Assembly: GCA_028023455.1 (NCBI GenBank)
Contig: JAQFVV010000005.1
Span: 806,001-870,000, forward strand
Direction of reading: 5' to 3'
Length of the DNA: 64,000 bases
Source: Epiperipatus broadwayi
Taxonomy: Eukaryota > Animalia > Onychophora
Made by a program: the position numbers and the translations under genes. Shown one piece after another: positions 1 through 13,100 of the stretch. Position 1 is the first letter of the stretch, and each line of letters begins with the position of its first letter. Under the pieces are notes generated by a model, which saw only the letters and a list, made by a program, of their open reading frames with translations, was not told the DNA's origin and ran no database searches.

Positions 1-339
1 AAAAATAAATAATCACCAATATACGTATTTCATGCTAAACCAGCAATCATCAGTTGGTCCAGACTATCATCTTTACACACATATATAGTATAAGTGCTCA
101 GATATATATTAAGATAGACTATCCTCATAGTTTAATGGACAGGCTTCAATACACTCCACACTCCAACTCGTCAACCGTCCATCCAATTGAAAATCTGATG
201 ATGGAATGCTCAAAGGCCATCCTGAGGCCAAGATTATTGTCACACCCATGTTGACCTAAGGTCAATCTGAACCCCACATGTACAGGACATAATCCATTTA
301 ATACATATGCAAGGATGGGCAGACATCTCTATAATGTAA

Positions 340-479
340 TAACTGAAACACAGGCTAGTTATATACCTGTGGCTATATATATGTAATATAGGGTATATGA
401 GCACAGACTTGGTGGGTGGTGTGAAAGTCTGTGCTCATATATATAGCCACAGGTATATAACAAGCCTGTGTTTCAGTTA
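340..479. repeat. Imperfect ~140-bp foldback
   Basis: taactgaaacacaggc...gagcacagactt / aagtctgtgctc...gcctgtgtttcagtta. The centre (gtgtgaaagtctg) resembles the centre of the 10.2-11.2 kb palindrome. Confidence 0.8.
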
Positions 480-480
480 A

Positions 481-860
481 TAATGGTTATATTGATTTTT
501 AAGATATAGAAACACTTATATATGTATGTATGTTAAATAATGATAATGATCATGTGCTCTAGTATTTAATTATAATGTTCTGTGGTAAGAGGCATTATCT
601 TAATACAAATGTTTTTTAATATTCATGCATATATATATATATTAAAACAAAGCAATGAAATTAAATCTACAATTTCCAAAATATCAATAATCAGCTCGAA
701 TAACCATTTACAGCTAGAGTTTTAAAAATTAAATTAAAATCACACAATATTAATATTCTCCTGTGAATGGTCAACTTCCCATAATATACATATGTTAACA
801 TAACAATGTCGTTTATTTAACAAATGATTCATCATATTTATAAAATAGGTCTCTTTTTCA
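481..860. repeat. Dispersed ~370-bp repeat, copy 1 (copy 2 at ~3845-4215)
   Basis: taatggttatattg...gatatagaaaca...aagaggcattatcttaataca...gtgaatgg(t/c)caacttcc is collinear in both copies. Confidence 0.8.
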
Positions 861-2079
861 ATTCAATATGTATCAAGTGATGATCAGAAAGAAACAATAG
901 ATCCATGTATGTGCATGTAAATAAGTGAAAGTAGGAATTGAACATCATATTTTGTATTGGGTTAAGCCTTTTTTTGCAGAGGCTTTGAATTATAGATGGG
1001 TCTATACGCAAATCTCCCTTTGTGGTAATGGTGATATACCAGTAGAGAAAAGTTCTTGCCCATTAACAGCAAAGTATGGCTGGAAAAGGAATTCCCAGCA
1101 AAATAATAAAAATATCATAAGCTGAATGGAACGTAGAGATAGTCCTGCCATTCACAGATTCAAAGTCCACATTTTGTAGTCATGACTTCCACAAGAAGTT
1201 AAATGTTGTTTAATTAACAGAATCAATCTGCATGCATTTGGAAATCTCATCTGGCATAATATCTATTATAAAAAACATTTTGTTTTAAAATTAAATGTTT
1301 AGAATTAAAATCGGTCAATTCCTACGGAAAGGATTTGACACATCTTGCTCCTAAATTGGGAGGTGTGTAATGTAAATAGATTACATGAAATATTTAAAAG
1401 TATATAAAGAATATTCAAAGAAAAAGAGAAAAATAATATATATGGCTTTAAAAAACAGAAGACTGCTAGTATAAATAAAGCAAAGAGATTTCAGAAGAAA
1501 TCAAAAGTCTGTTAGGAAGTAAAAACAAAAGGGAAAATAAAACTTTGTATCTTACTCTCAATTTAATAAACAAAACAAAATAAAAGAGGGGAAAATGTAA
1601 TTAAAGTATAACATAGTTTAGAAATTTAAATTAGATTCATTATTTGAAAGGTTGGTTTATTATTCTTTTAACTAAAAGTACAAATTCCAAAATGTTAGGT
1701 ATAATAATAGAAATAAAAATAATTAATTATGTAAAGAGTAACTTATGGAACATAAAATTACTTGGTGAAATAATTTAAACTAAAAAATTAATTGTAAAGA
1801 AAAAAAGAACCAGAGAATTGTAATGTAAGTGATTGTACGAAATTATTATTGAAACTATTGAGAAAATTATAATCTAATCAAAGATCAAAATGATTTTGTA
1901 AATTGGGTAATCAGAGGGATTGTTTACTAGAAATCAATATTTCCAACTGATTAGATAATCAATAATGTAATCAATGTTGTAATAAAATAAGTAGATATTA
2001 AAAGATTAATTAATTAGAAAGAATTGAAATGCTAATTAATGATGTGGGTGAGCTCAGACAATGGTTTTGTCAAGGATAT

Positions 2080-2520
2080 AAAAGCTATTAAATATCCATT
2101 ATATTTAGTGCTGTTGTTGCTCATTCTGCTATTAGAATTCTTATGGTATTATTTCTCCTGCTTGGATGACTTATTGCCTGATGAATTTTGAAGACTCCTT
2201 TATTGAGAATAATTAGTTCATACTTCATCAATGGATAGCTATTTATGTGAATGCTCTAACATCACCATGCAGTGCTAAAATAGCAATGGTGTGTTCATTT
2301 TGCTTTCACCACCCAGTTGCTGTGCTTTTGACAATCTAAAATGTGACAAATACTCTTTACCTGCCATTGCTGATATATATACCTGTCATTATAGAAGACT
2401 ACTACTGAACAAGGCTATGCAGATATATGTTGTTCTGGCAGGAAATAATAAGCTATTAAAAGAAACTGTAAAACCTGTTTAAGAATTCCAGCCATGAATT
2501 CTATAAACATTCAAGAACAC
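2080..2520 (-). mobile_element. Possible highly decayed piggyBac-like (PGBD) transposase relic
   Basis: Minus-strand fragments LSIDEV (2221-2238) and NGYLIAF (2080-2100) resemble the LSIDE and GYxxxF motifs in the expected order; there are many stops and frameshifts. Confidence 0.3.
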
Positions 2521-3181
2521 AGGGATGATCAGTCCAGAAAAAAAGTATAGCAAAACCTAGATAAATATAAGAAACAATTCAAATGTTACAGGGTAAGATT
2601 TCATTGTTTTTATAAATTTCCATAAAATTAAAAATAATTGAATTCTTACTACTTATTTTAATGTGAACTGATCTATACTAAACAATTCTGTAATTAGTTT
2701 GATTCACTGTTATTTTTTGTTTTTATTACTGTTATAATGTTTTGAAAATAAATATTTAGCTTGGCTTAATTCTCTCTCTTTCTGTACCTCACCATATAAC
2801 AGTTAATTAAGATAAAAGTTTGTCAATTGTACTATTTATATCTAAACATTCATTGTCTGATAGCATAAGTTAGGTAAGTTTCTTGTTCATTTGGGCTAGC
2901 CATGGAATCAAGCGCTTGAGGTGTTTACTGCCTTCTTTCATAGGTATGCCAGTCAAAGTGTCTGGATACTGCCTAGGGTTTCCCTAGTATAAATAAAAGT
3001 ATCCACAGGAGAGGTCTTTTGCTTCTAGTAGTTAAGGAGCAAATGCAAGTTTTGAAATGTGGCTGCTGTTTATATATTTATACACAATCTCAATCTGACC
3101 ATTGGAATGGTTAATATGTAAAATATTGATCACATTAACTCCTCTGCTTGTGTGTTTTAAATTTATATAAATTATTATTAA

Positions 3182-3402
3182 AAAGAAAGGATTTCATCTT
3201 TTTAACATATGGCCTTACAGATTTTTATAATAGCTAAAAGATGCTGTCTTGAGTACAGAGGAATCTCTCAAACCCAAACACAAGATAGACTTTATAAATG
3301 TGAGTGGCCATCTTATCTTTAATCTAAATTTTGATTTATGTTGGCCAATCTGAAGTGTCTTGGTTTGAGAAACATATGTTAAAAAGGTGAAATCCTTTCT
3401 TT
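3182..3402. mobile_element. MITE with ~32-bp TIRs at a TTAA-like site (Kolobok-like)
   Basis: aaagaaaggatttcatctttttaacatatg ... catatgttaaaaaggtgaaatcctttcttt, with ttaa at both flanks (1-nt slip). Confidence 0.55.
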
Positions 3403-3844
3403 TAAATTTTATACAATCTATGCACTTAATAAATAAATGTGAATGTAAATAAATTATTATTAAAATTAAAAATTAATAAATAACTAGATATCCATTATAA
3501 TTAGGAGCCACTAATATCCACCCACCCTCAATATGTAAAACTATATTTTGATGTACAGTAGAGATAACATTAACTTCCATAAGCATATATTTGATCTTTA
3601 ATAAAATGTAAATTTTTGATCACAGATTAAAAGAGAACTAATAATGTCTAATCTTATAGAAGAATGAAGAACTGTTGTCATAACACCAAATAAAAGTATC
3701 ACGTTGGAAAAATATGTTTATCAAACATAAATAAATCCATAATAACCTAATGTGGACTATTAAAGAAACAAATTGCTTGAAATGCATATTAGGAGATTTT
3801 AACATATTTCCTCCCAATTCTTGTTACTGGATATTTGAAGTGCA

Positions 3845-4215
3845 ATAATGGTTATATTGGTTTTTAAGATATAGAAACATTTATATATGTATGTACGTTA
3901 AATACTGAGGTTTTAGTATTTAATTATAATGTTCTGTGCTAAGAGGCATTATCTTAATACAATTTTTTTTCTTTTAGTATACATGCATACTTATAAATAT
4001 GTATATACTAAAACAGAGCATTGAAATTAAGTCTACATTTTTCAAAATACCAATAGTCTGCTTGAATAGCCTTTTACAGTTGGAATTTTAAAAATTAAAT
4101 TAAAATCACACAATATTAATCTTCTCACGTGAATGGCCAACTTCCTATAATATTTGTATGTTAGCATAACAAGGTTGTTTATTTAATAACTGATTCGTTA
4201 TATTTATAAAATATG
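3845..4215. repeat. Dispersed ~370-bp repeat, copy 2
   Basis: Direct-orientation homologue of 481-860. Confidence 0.8.
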
Positions 4216-4430
4216 TCTGATTTTTCCACCCTCAAATCATTTTTCATATATAAAAAAATATTGTCATAATAAAAACTTTCATTACAAATAATTGAATATT
4301 CTGCAAATATAGATTTAAATCTATCCACACAATAGTTTACTTATTATTTACGAATTCTTTTTTAAAATTCTAATTGTAAAATGCTCCTCAGGATAGCAGT
4401 TGTTATGTGAGCTGGCTATAATGTTTATTT

Positions 4431-4531
4431 GCATTGGTGGTCGAGAGGTCAGCGCGACTGCCTCGCACTTGCAGGCAGTTGCCCGGGTTGCGGGTTCGCG
4501 TCCCGGCCGATGCTATGACACTTAAAAAAAA
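4431..4531 (+). mobile_element. Young tRNA-Gly-derived SINE, copy 1
   Basis: 84-nt tRNA-like head GCATTGGTGG...GGGTTCGCGTCCCGGCCGATGCT, ATGACACTT tail and A-tract. CpGs are intact; the head differs from the copy at 13605 by one base. Confidence 0.8.
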
Positions 4532-7500
4532 TTGCAGAGTTAATTCTAGTATTTGGTTTTAGTATATATTATCTGATTTTACTCCACACAAATTACTCCT
4601 CATACAAAGTTTAAGTTATACCAGCTAATAATTATACGCATACATAATAAACTCATATTAGCTTCAACGTCCCACTAATATAAAGTACAATGATCTTTCT
4701 CCATATATATATACCAAATTTCAAACAGATTAGACTTTGAAGCATGAAATAATTATGACACAGCTATTTTGATTATTAAACATTTAAATCTAATAGTAAA
4801 TTAAATAAATGCAGAATTGAAAACAATTACAAATCACCTTAAACATTAATCAATCTTAATTAATAATCCTTTGTACAAATAAATCGGACAAAATAACAAA
4901 CAAAAAACTCCAACTGGCATTTATTCTACAATTTTCCGTAGAACCATGAATAAAAACTACGGTATGACTGTCACCCCAAGTTGTTAAAATGCTATTCAGA
5001 ATAGCAGACATGCTTTAAGTAAGCTATTATTGTTATGTTGAAAATTGTAAAGAATTATTATCAGTGTTTTATTTTATATATAATACCAATTTAAGTTAAT
5101 GATGGTATAGTCTGTATAAACTAGTTTATAATAATTTTACTAATATTATCGAACTCGTAAATTTCTTTTTTTCGAATATAAGGACACTGGATGCATATAT
5201 ATATATATATATGAGATCAGATCATATATATGTACATATGAACATAATATATATATATAGCATCCTTAATTCAAAAGTCTTTTAGGAATGGCAAATTTGG
5301 AGACTCAAGTTTTGTTCACCAGGATTGAATATAAGTGTTTATTTAACATTTTACTTTTTATAAAATAATATTAGAATTGTTTTTAAGGATGTCATGATAC
5401 AATCATAGCATACTCTCTTGTCAGGTCTATGAGCTAACTTTGAATCCTTTTTTTTCCATTTAGCTGAACCATAGCAGACTAAAATGTCCATCTAATTTTG
5501 GTCAGTAAATGTATATCTAACTATTCTTCTATAGAGTAAAACATGAATGGAAAAAACACTCAAACTTTTAACATCTATAAATTAATAAACATGTTAAGAA
5601 AGTCCTCTCTTTCACTATTCCTTTATGAGATGTTGTTGTAAAGTCTTTGTCTTACAGTGAGCTATGTAAAGGCAGTTTTTGCCTAAATATTAGAGTTATT
5701 ACATAACTAGAACTATGAATAAACCAAAAGAGATACAGAATCTATTAAAATTGAATAGGAAAAAGTGGTTTGCAAGATGAAAATTGAAGAGAGTCTAGGA
5801 TTTTATTATTCTGATAATAAAAACAGATGCAGTGGTGCTGGCATTGTTTTATAATAAGTAACCTAATAAACGGCAGATTGTTGAATATAAGTTAAAGGCT
5901 ATTTCAAGAAGACTAGTGATTACACTACTATGCATATCGCTCTGTTGATGAAAACATTAAAAGCATAGATGAAGAAGTAAAAATAAGATAAAGTAGGTAC
6001 AATTATAATAAAAGTTTGAAGTGTAAAAGTCAGGAAAAAGAAAATTGTAGAAATTATGGTTATGAATTAAAATATAAAAGTTAAAAAGTTATTAAATTCT
6101 TATAGAAAGAACATTGTATGATTTAATAAATAATAAAAAATATAATTTTTTTAAAGACGTTTATTTGCATAAAAAAGCATTTAAAAAGTAAAAAAATAAA
6201 TTTTCATCAGTTTTCTCAGTATTTTTAATATTATGTGATGAAAATAACTATGTGATGTTAATGTTCAAAAGCAGTCTAAGAATATTTCTAAAGAAGAAAA
6301 CCACATACTTATTTTGAAGATATAATATTAAAAGTCCTATGAAAACTGATGAAAATATTTTAAAATGCTTTTATATTAACTTTTATGTGTTTCTGTTGGG
6401 ATATCCAAATTTTTAATTTTTAATAAAGAAAAAAAAATCAAGTCTGATTTAAAATTGAACACAAATCCTTTCACTTCCCAAGGCAATTTTTAACTGAACC
6501 AACAGTAATATTACATTGATAGAGTAAAATTTTGTTAACATTGAATTACATAATGAATTAAAAGTAAATATTTAATAATTAATATTGAAATAATTAATAT
6601 TTTATAAATATTTTGTAAAAAAAGTGTAAAAATAAGGTTAGAGAATTATGGTTTTTTTTTTCATTTCCAAAATCAAAACAAATGCAACTATCAAAATCAT
6701 TGATAGCAGATGCTCTCTTGTGAAAAGTATAAGAGACATAAAAAAGATTAATGAAGAAAACTGTTTTATTTAAATTAAAGTATATGTTTTATTTATAACT
6801 AAGAAATAAAATATCAAAAAAATGTTTTTTAAATGATGCTTTTATATAGCCTATTAAAAAGTAGAAAAATAACATATGATAAAAGCATTTGAGGCCTTTT
6901 TGATTTTTATGATGAGATCTCAAATGATTTTATGATATACATAATTTCAAAGCAGAGACTAATTAATTTGATAAATAGAAGCTCTCGTGTAATGTTCTTT
7001 TTGCCTTTTAGTTTATATAAACTGCTGCTTTGGAAAACTAAATATTGATGAAATTCTGTTTTCATAACTCTCACCATTTTAATGAAGCATCATCTGTCAT
7101 TGTTAATTTTTTTGACATTTACCATTAAGGTTTTTCTGTTTTTGTTGTAATTCAAATTTCATAGTGTTTTCTTGCTTTTTTTAAAATTTGTATTTTAGAA
7201 GGAATTCTTCGATTTAGTCATTTTAATTTGTTCATTTCAGCTATTTTTGGATAAAATTCTTCATTGGGGGAGTATCTAACTTATTTTTGATGATATGCCA
7301 CAACTTCAAAACAGAGAATAATTTAATTGATAAATAGAAGCTCTCATGTTTTTCTAAACTTGTATTTTAAAAGCATTTGTTCGATTTAGATATTTTAATT
7401 TGTTCATTTCAACTATTTTTGGATAGAAATTCTTCATGGGGGGGGGTCACATTTGAAGCAATTTTCACTGATTTGTTTTTGTAATTCATATTTTATAGCA

Positions 7501-8719
7501 TTTTCTTGTTGTTGTTTTTTAATTTGTATTTTAGAACGATTTGTTTGATTTACGTAGCCTTGGACCTTTGTATTTTACTTATTTTTTTAACTTCAAAAAT
7601 AACAGAGTTATTGCTGTTCTTGATTTTTTACTTACTTTTGATGTCTTGCCTTAGACATTTTAATTTTCCATCAATTCCAGCCATTTTTGTATAAAAATTT
7701 ATCACTTGCAGGCTTCTTGGTGGTTCTGCAGTGTCACATAGCAGCCACAGTATGCGCAAACGAAAACTATCTTTTATTATATGAATTATTACTTCATTAT
7801 TTTTATATTTTTTAATGAACTATTTACATAAAAGCATTATTTAAAAAAATCTTTTTTAAACCTTATTTTATTTTTTTACTGTATTTGTATATATAAAAGC
7901 ATTTTTTAATTTTTTAAAAATACTTTTTACTTTTAGTTTTATATAGTTTCAGAAATTAAATTTTATTGCAATTAAACCTTCTAGATGGAAGCATTGTAAA
8001 GCATACTGAATCCCACATAAAAATTAAAACTTTAATTTTTCACATTATTTTTTTGCTAAAATTATGTGCAAATCCTAAAAAAATATATTGTCATTGAGAA
8101 TACATATGAATATAAACTTTCAAAATTGGGAAGTAGAAATCGAGTTCCAAGATTCCTCAGAAAGTCAGACAAACAGTTAGTTAAATTTTTGTTAAGACAT
8201 ATAAAATGTATAAAAGATAAAGTAATTTTTGAATAACCCAATGCTGGGCAAAGACCTCTTTGATGGCCTGCTGCAATCAAATAACAATGAAGGCAATACT
8301 TATCAAATGTGACAATCACATCCTTTTTATCCATTAACTAAAATTAAATACCCATTTTCTGATTAATTTTAGATGATTACCTGAATTGTCTATGGACTAC
8401 CTGAAAAAAATGTAAGCATGATTGGAACCTGTAAAAATTTTCAAATTTCTGACGTATTCAAACCCACTTATGGAAGATGAATGCACCATCATTGCATTAG
8501 CATGCCTTTTCATATATAATCCCTTGTATATATTCTTATACAGTATTTAATTTCATTATTCTATAATGAAAAATTCAATCATATTTCGACTTGCATTCAA
8601 TATGAACCATAAATATCACTATTTCAGTTATTTTTATCTCTCATTACATATACTTACTGTTTTATTCTTCTATTACAATTATTGATTAATAACTTCTGTA
8701 ACTTAGTCATATTTATAAT

Positions 8720-9300
8720 AACAAAGCCTAAGGATTCAATCCCTCTTGAATCTCATGGTGTTTATCAAATCTCATGTGAAAATTGTAAAGCTTCTTACAT
8801 AGGTATGAGTAATCGTCACATCAGTGTTAGGAGAGATGAACATGCTAATGCAGTTAAACAACACTCATCATCATCAGAACTCTCACTCCATACTATAGAT
8901 TCAAGTCATAAAATTGATTTTTCTAGTACCAGGATCATATCCAGATGTGATAATCTCTACCAGTGCAAAATTAGAGAAGCCATTTGAGATATTTAAAAGG
9001 CCAGATTGTTTCAATAAGCGAGATGATACATGCAAACTTCCTCCTATTTGGAAAGATTTTTTTAAAAAACATTCTTAGTTTAACATTTTTGCTTTTGGTG
9101 GAACTTTAACATTTTTTTTTTTCAAATCAGTGATTGTAGCACCTTTACAACCACCTTTCTACCTTTTATCACCCAGTGGATGACTTATGTGATCAAGTCA
9201 AAATGTCGGTATATCAATATTTAAATTTTTTAACACGGATGAACCCGCAAAATGTTTTTTATATATGCAACCCGTGAAAATCTTCATATCAACATATATA
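8720..9300 (+). mobile_element. Penelope-like element 3' fragment: GIY-YIG endonuclease plus pseudo-LTR
   Basis: GVYQISCENCKASYIGMSNRHISVRRDEH...H...IDF...REAI, then a frameshift near 8985 into EIFKRPDCFNKRDD...LPPIW* (~9078), followed by a hammerhead relic. Confidence 0.85.
9171..9210 (+). ncRNA. Degenerate minimal type I hammerhead ribozyme relic (likely inactive)
   Basis: acc-CAGTGGA-t-GACTT atgtgatc AAGTC-AAAA-TGTC-ggt. Stems I and II are intact but the core is mutated from CTGANGA/GAAAC; it sits where Penelope pLTR hammerheads occur. Confidence 0.45.
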
Positions 9301-9689
9301 TATATCATTATTGAGTTTTCTAGTATTTATTTTTGGCATATTACAAAAACATTACCCAATATACTTTTTAGTTGGTAACCTATTAATTGTATTTTTGTGT
9401 GTGTTTTATTCATCTTGGATTTTTCCATTTATTAATATCTACCTTTCTGCAAAAAATGTTCTTTTGCAATTATAACATTAAATTTACCATTAATTTGATC
9501 TTGTTTTATATCTCTCTTTGAAACCCAATTTATATTTAATATTGCTCATTTCTTCTTTTTTATCTGTATTGGGAAAATGATTGCATCTTTTCAATTCTCT
9601 ACTGCTTTTTTCATTTTCTTTATTGGTTCTTTTTTTCTCTCTCTTTTCATATATCATCACGAGTTTCTCTAATGTTTGTTGTCATCTTG

Positions 9690-10620
9690 AAATGAATAAA
9701 ATAGTGAGATCATTTAATTCTTGTATAATAATAATAAAAAAAGTGCAATGAAACTATATAAAGTCTATATAAAATAACCAATATTTTTGTTTAATCTGTA
9801 TTATATTTAATCATTAAAATCTCAATATTAAATAATTGAGTAGCTTTGTTACTTGGAAGTTCATTAATAGTTGAACACAGAAAATTTCAGAACTAGAATC
9901 AATCAGAGGATATTTTGCTCTGAGTTTGATGAACTCTTATCACTGCACTAAACCAAGTAGGCAATAATATTAAATTGCTTCAAATACACATTTAATACTA
10001 GAAAACCTCAGTATTTATATATTCAACACCTTATTCAAACTGTTTTGACTGCTGAAGTTTTCTTCAAAACTATTGTAAAAAAGGTATCTCCGAAACTATT
10101 TATTTGAATGAGATGCTGAACAAAGAAAATGCTTGATATTTGGAGTGATTTATTATTAGTAATATTTATATAACGCTTTAGATTTTTAAAAGCAAATAAA
10201 ATCATTCTTTTTAATCACTTTATTATGGCTATTTTCAGAGTCAATATATATATGTACAAGAATATATATATAAATGGTTTATCTAACAATATAGATATTA
10301 TAGCCTATTATATATTGAATCTTTTTATATCATATTTTATTTTATACTATACTACATTTAGTAAGTCTTTATCCTTTTAATATTTCTCACATATTAATAT
10401 TTTATCATAATCACAATAATATACTTGACTTAATAAACATATAATCTTTTATTAACTATTGATACTTTATTTTTATTTATTACATTTTTATTAACTTTGT
10501 CTATACATTGAAGCATAGACTTTTGAATTCTATAATCTTTAAATTTAATATTTTTTCATTTCTAACATTTTTTATTAATTAATCTTAAAAAAAATATTTT
10601 ATAATAAAAAATATTTTTAA
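9690..10620. repeat. Dispersed ~900-bp composite repeat (homologous to ~60715-61570)
   Basis: Collinear blocks: cttggaagttca...cacagaaaatt.cagaactagaatcaatcag...ttattcaaactg...aatgagatg...cctattatatattgaatctttttatatc. Confidence 0.8.
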
Positions 10621-11215
10621 TAAAAATAATTTATAAAAATAGTTAATACATTGTACAGGCTTAACACCTCCATTTATATATGTAATATATGCGGGATTTG
10701 AACTCAGACTTTCACATGACTGATTAGTGCTGGTTTAGCACAAAATATGGATATTGGCAATTATTAATATTTTCAACATGTGTGTGATCAGTTAAGTCAG
10801 CAATATAAGATGGCACTGAGAGTTGTGGGTCGTGTGAAAGTCTGAGTTCGAATCCTGCATAAATAGTTAATATAAAAGTTTAGATATGATAAAATACTAA
10901 ACTTAAATTTAAAGGTTCTAAAATTAAAACTTTTATACTTCAATGTTTAGATAAAGTTAATAGAAAGGTAATAAATAAAAACAAAATATTAATAGATAAT
11001 AAAATGCTATATGTTTACTATATCAAATATATTAATTAATATATGAAAAATATTAAGAGTAAACATTTACTGCTTTTACATTATTATACAAATGCAGCAT
11101 CAATTTTAAGGGTATTATTTAGTAAACTGTAATAGGATATAAAGATTAAATATTTATGGTATAATATTTATATTGTTTAGATAAACTATTTTTTTATATA
11201 TATTCTTGTGCAGAA
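10250..11215. repeat. ~1-kb imperfect palindrome
   Basis: Outer arms tgtacaagaatatata..tttatctaacaat / attgtttagataaa..tatatattcttgtgca; inner arms gcgggatttgaactcagactttcacatgac / gtcgtgtgaaagtctgagttcgaatcctgc. Confidence 0.8.
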
Positions 11216-12090
11216 AGAAATTAACCTCCAATTATATGCCGTTTCATAACTATTATAAATCTCTGCACATTCACCTGTCAGTAAGTTTTAAAAGCTTAGG
11301 TGAATCACTTAAGCTTATTCATATACACACCAAATGTTACTGACTGTGCTTATATCAGGGTTTGAATGTATTGTGTACCAATGTTATAATTGGCAATTGA
11401 ATTATACAAACTTAGTTAATCTATAACAGGAGACAGTCTCATTTTTAACTTGTTATGATTATATGTACATTAATTATGAATAAATCTATTATTAAGTGCT
11501 GAAAATCTGTAATTGTGCATAAGAAAATTAACCTCCGATCATGTACTGTTTTGTAACTATTATAAATCCTCATAGACTCATCCGTCAGTAAGTTTTAAAA
11601 GCTCAAGTGAATTACTTAAGCTGAGAGCATATTCATGAATGCATGGAAATTTATATTACAAAACCAGATGTTTGGAGATTAATTTCCTTCTACACAATTA
11701 TGGATTTTCAATGGTTAATAATAGTATATTTATATATATTCATAATTTATGTCTAATCACGTGTTTAAAAATGAGACTCCATTTTTTTTCCTGTAATAAG
11801 TTAACTAAATTTGTACAATTCAATTGTTAATTACATCAGGCACACAATAGATTCAAGCCCTGATGTAAGTATGGTCAGTAAGAATATGCAAATACACTCT
11901 CAAACTTAAGTGATTCACTCAAACTTTTAAAATTGCCTGTGTGAAGATTTATAAATTATGAAACAATGCATGATTGGAGGTTAATTTTCTTCTGCACAAT
12001 TAGATTTTTAGTGCTTAATAATAGATTTACATTTATAAATATTCTTGTATATAAATTAGCTCTGAAGAAAACTGGTCAGTTAAAAATGTT
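11205..12090. repeat. ~300-bp unit in tandem (about 1.4 copies) followed by inverted copies; Penelope pLTR-like arrangement
   Basis: aaattaacctcc...gtcagtaagttttaaaagct at ~11221 and ~11525; reverse-complement copies at ~11670 and ~11975 (ggaggttaatttt). Confidence 0.7.
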
Positions 12091-12299
12091 AGATTGATTG
12101 AATAGAAAAATAAGATAGCATTATTAGTGATTAAAAAATGTCTGTTTTATTTACTCATTTTATAAAATTAATCATTGCATAAAGTTAACTATATGGTGAA
12201 AGAAAAAATACACTACTTCATAAAGAATTATTTTTTCTGAATTTGATTTGAAGTCATTTATGTAGATTTTTATTTTTTAATATCTAAATTTTTATTATT

Positions 12300-13100
12300 T
12301 TTTAAATAACTGATCCAAGATATCCACTATATCCTAGTCTTAATGTCCACTTTGACATATCTGGGAAAACCTACTAAAATATTTTTTGTCTCTCTTCTAA
12401 GTTAATTTTTACCTTATAACTTCATATTTCAAGATTTCTTTTCTCCAGTGTCTATTACATCTTGTTTTTTCTTATATTTTTGTAAATATTATTTTGAGCA
12501 TCCCCATCAGAAAATATTGATATCATCAACATATCTACCGCTCTATCTTGATATCTAGAGATATATTATTGTATGTAATTTCATATATATTTTTTGACTG
12601 CCACATTTTTATTTACATTAATAACACATAGTTTCTTAATGAGAGGAATACCACTAACAATATTTAATTCATGAAATAATTTTATCATGTTTTACTAAAT
12701 GCAAGTCAAGCAGTAATATATATATATTGGTTTTGAATTAACACATGCGACACAGATGTGATTAATTTTTCTTGAATCATTTCCTCTTCAAGAATTGAAA
12801 CATGTGAATTAAAGCACTCACATTTTCTCTACTGAACTCATTGTGAATTAAAATATCAGAGTAAAAACTTCTACAAGATTTTAACAAAGTAGTAGTGAAG
12901 AAAGCATCTTTAGTCAATAATGGTAATTTTTGAAAATGAAAGTTTGAATCTAGTTTTGACTGGTAGATGAAAACATCCAGATATCTATTTTCTGACCAAT
13001 ACGGGATGAACATATCTGGATTGGCTAAGAGATCACTACATGGAAAAAAGTTTCTAAGCTTAATAAAGAATTATAAAGTTTAGATTTAAGTTGAGAACAT
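12300..13100 (-). mobile_element. Penelope-like reverse transcriptase relic
   Basis: RYVDDINIF (RYVDD at 12536-12522), an upstream SFYSDI segment resembling SLYTNIP, and RYLD; frames are disrupted. It adjoins the pLTR-like repeats. Confidence 0.6.

Noticed and set aside
925-1125. ORF MKVGIEHH... and neighbouring frames
   Set aside because: No recognisable motif in six frames; non-ATG start.
4431-4514. Functional intron-containing tRNA-Ala
   Set aside because: The extra bases are a tandem duplication, the T-arm is duplicated, the body is Gly-like, and poly(A) is present with a TSD in copy 2.
7711-7748. GC-rich plus-strand exon candidate
   Set aside because: Moderate donor only; it more likely belongs to the decayed repeat at 6.9-7.7 kb.
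8062-8520. ORF 8062-8334 and possible Tc1-like WP/LW motifs on the plus strand
   Set aside because: Motif spacing is inconsistent and no TIRs were found.
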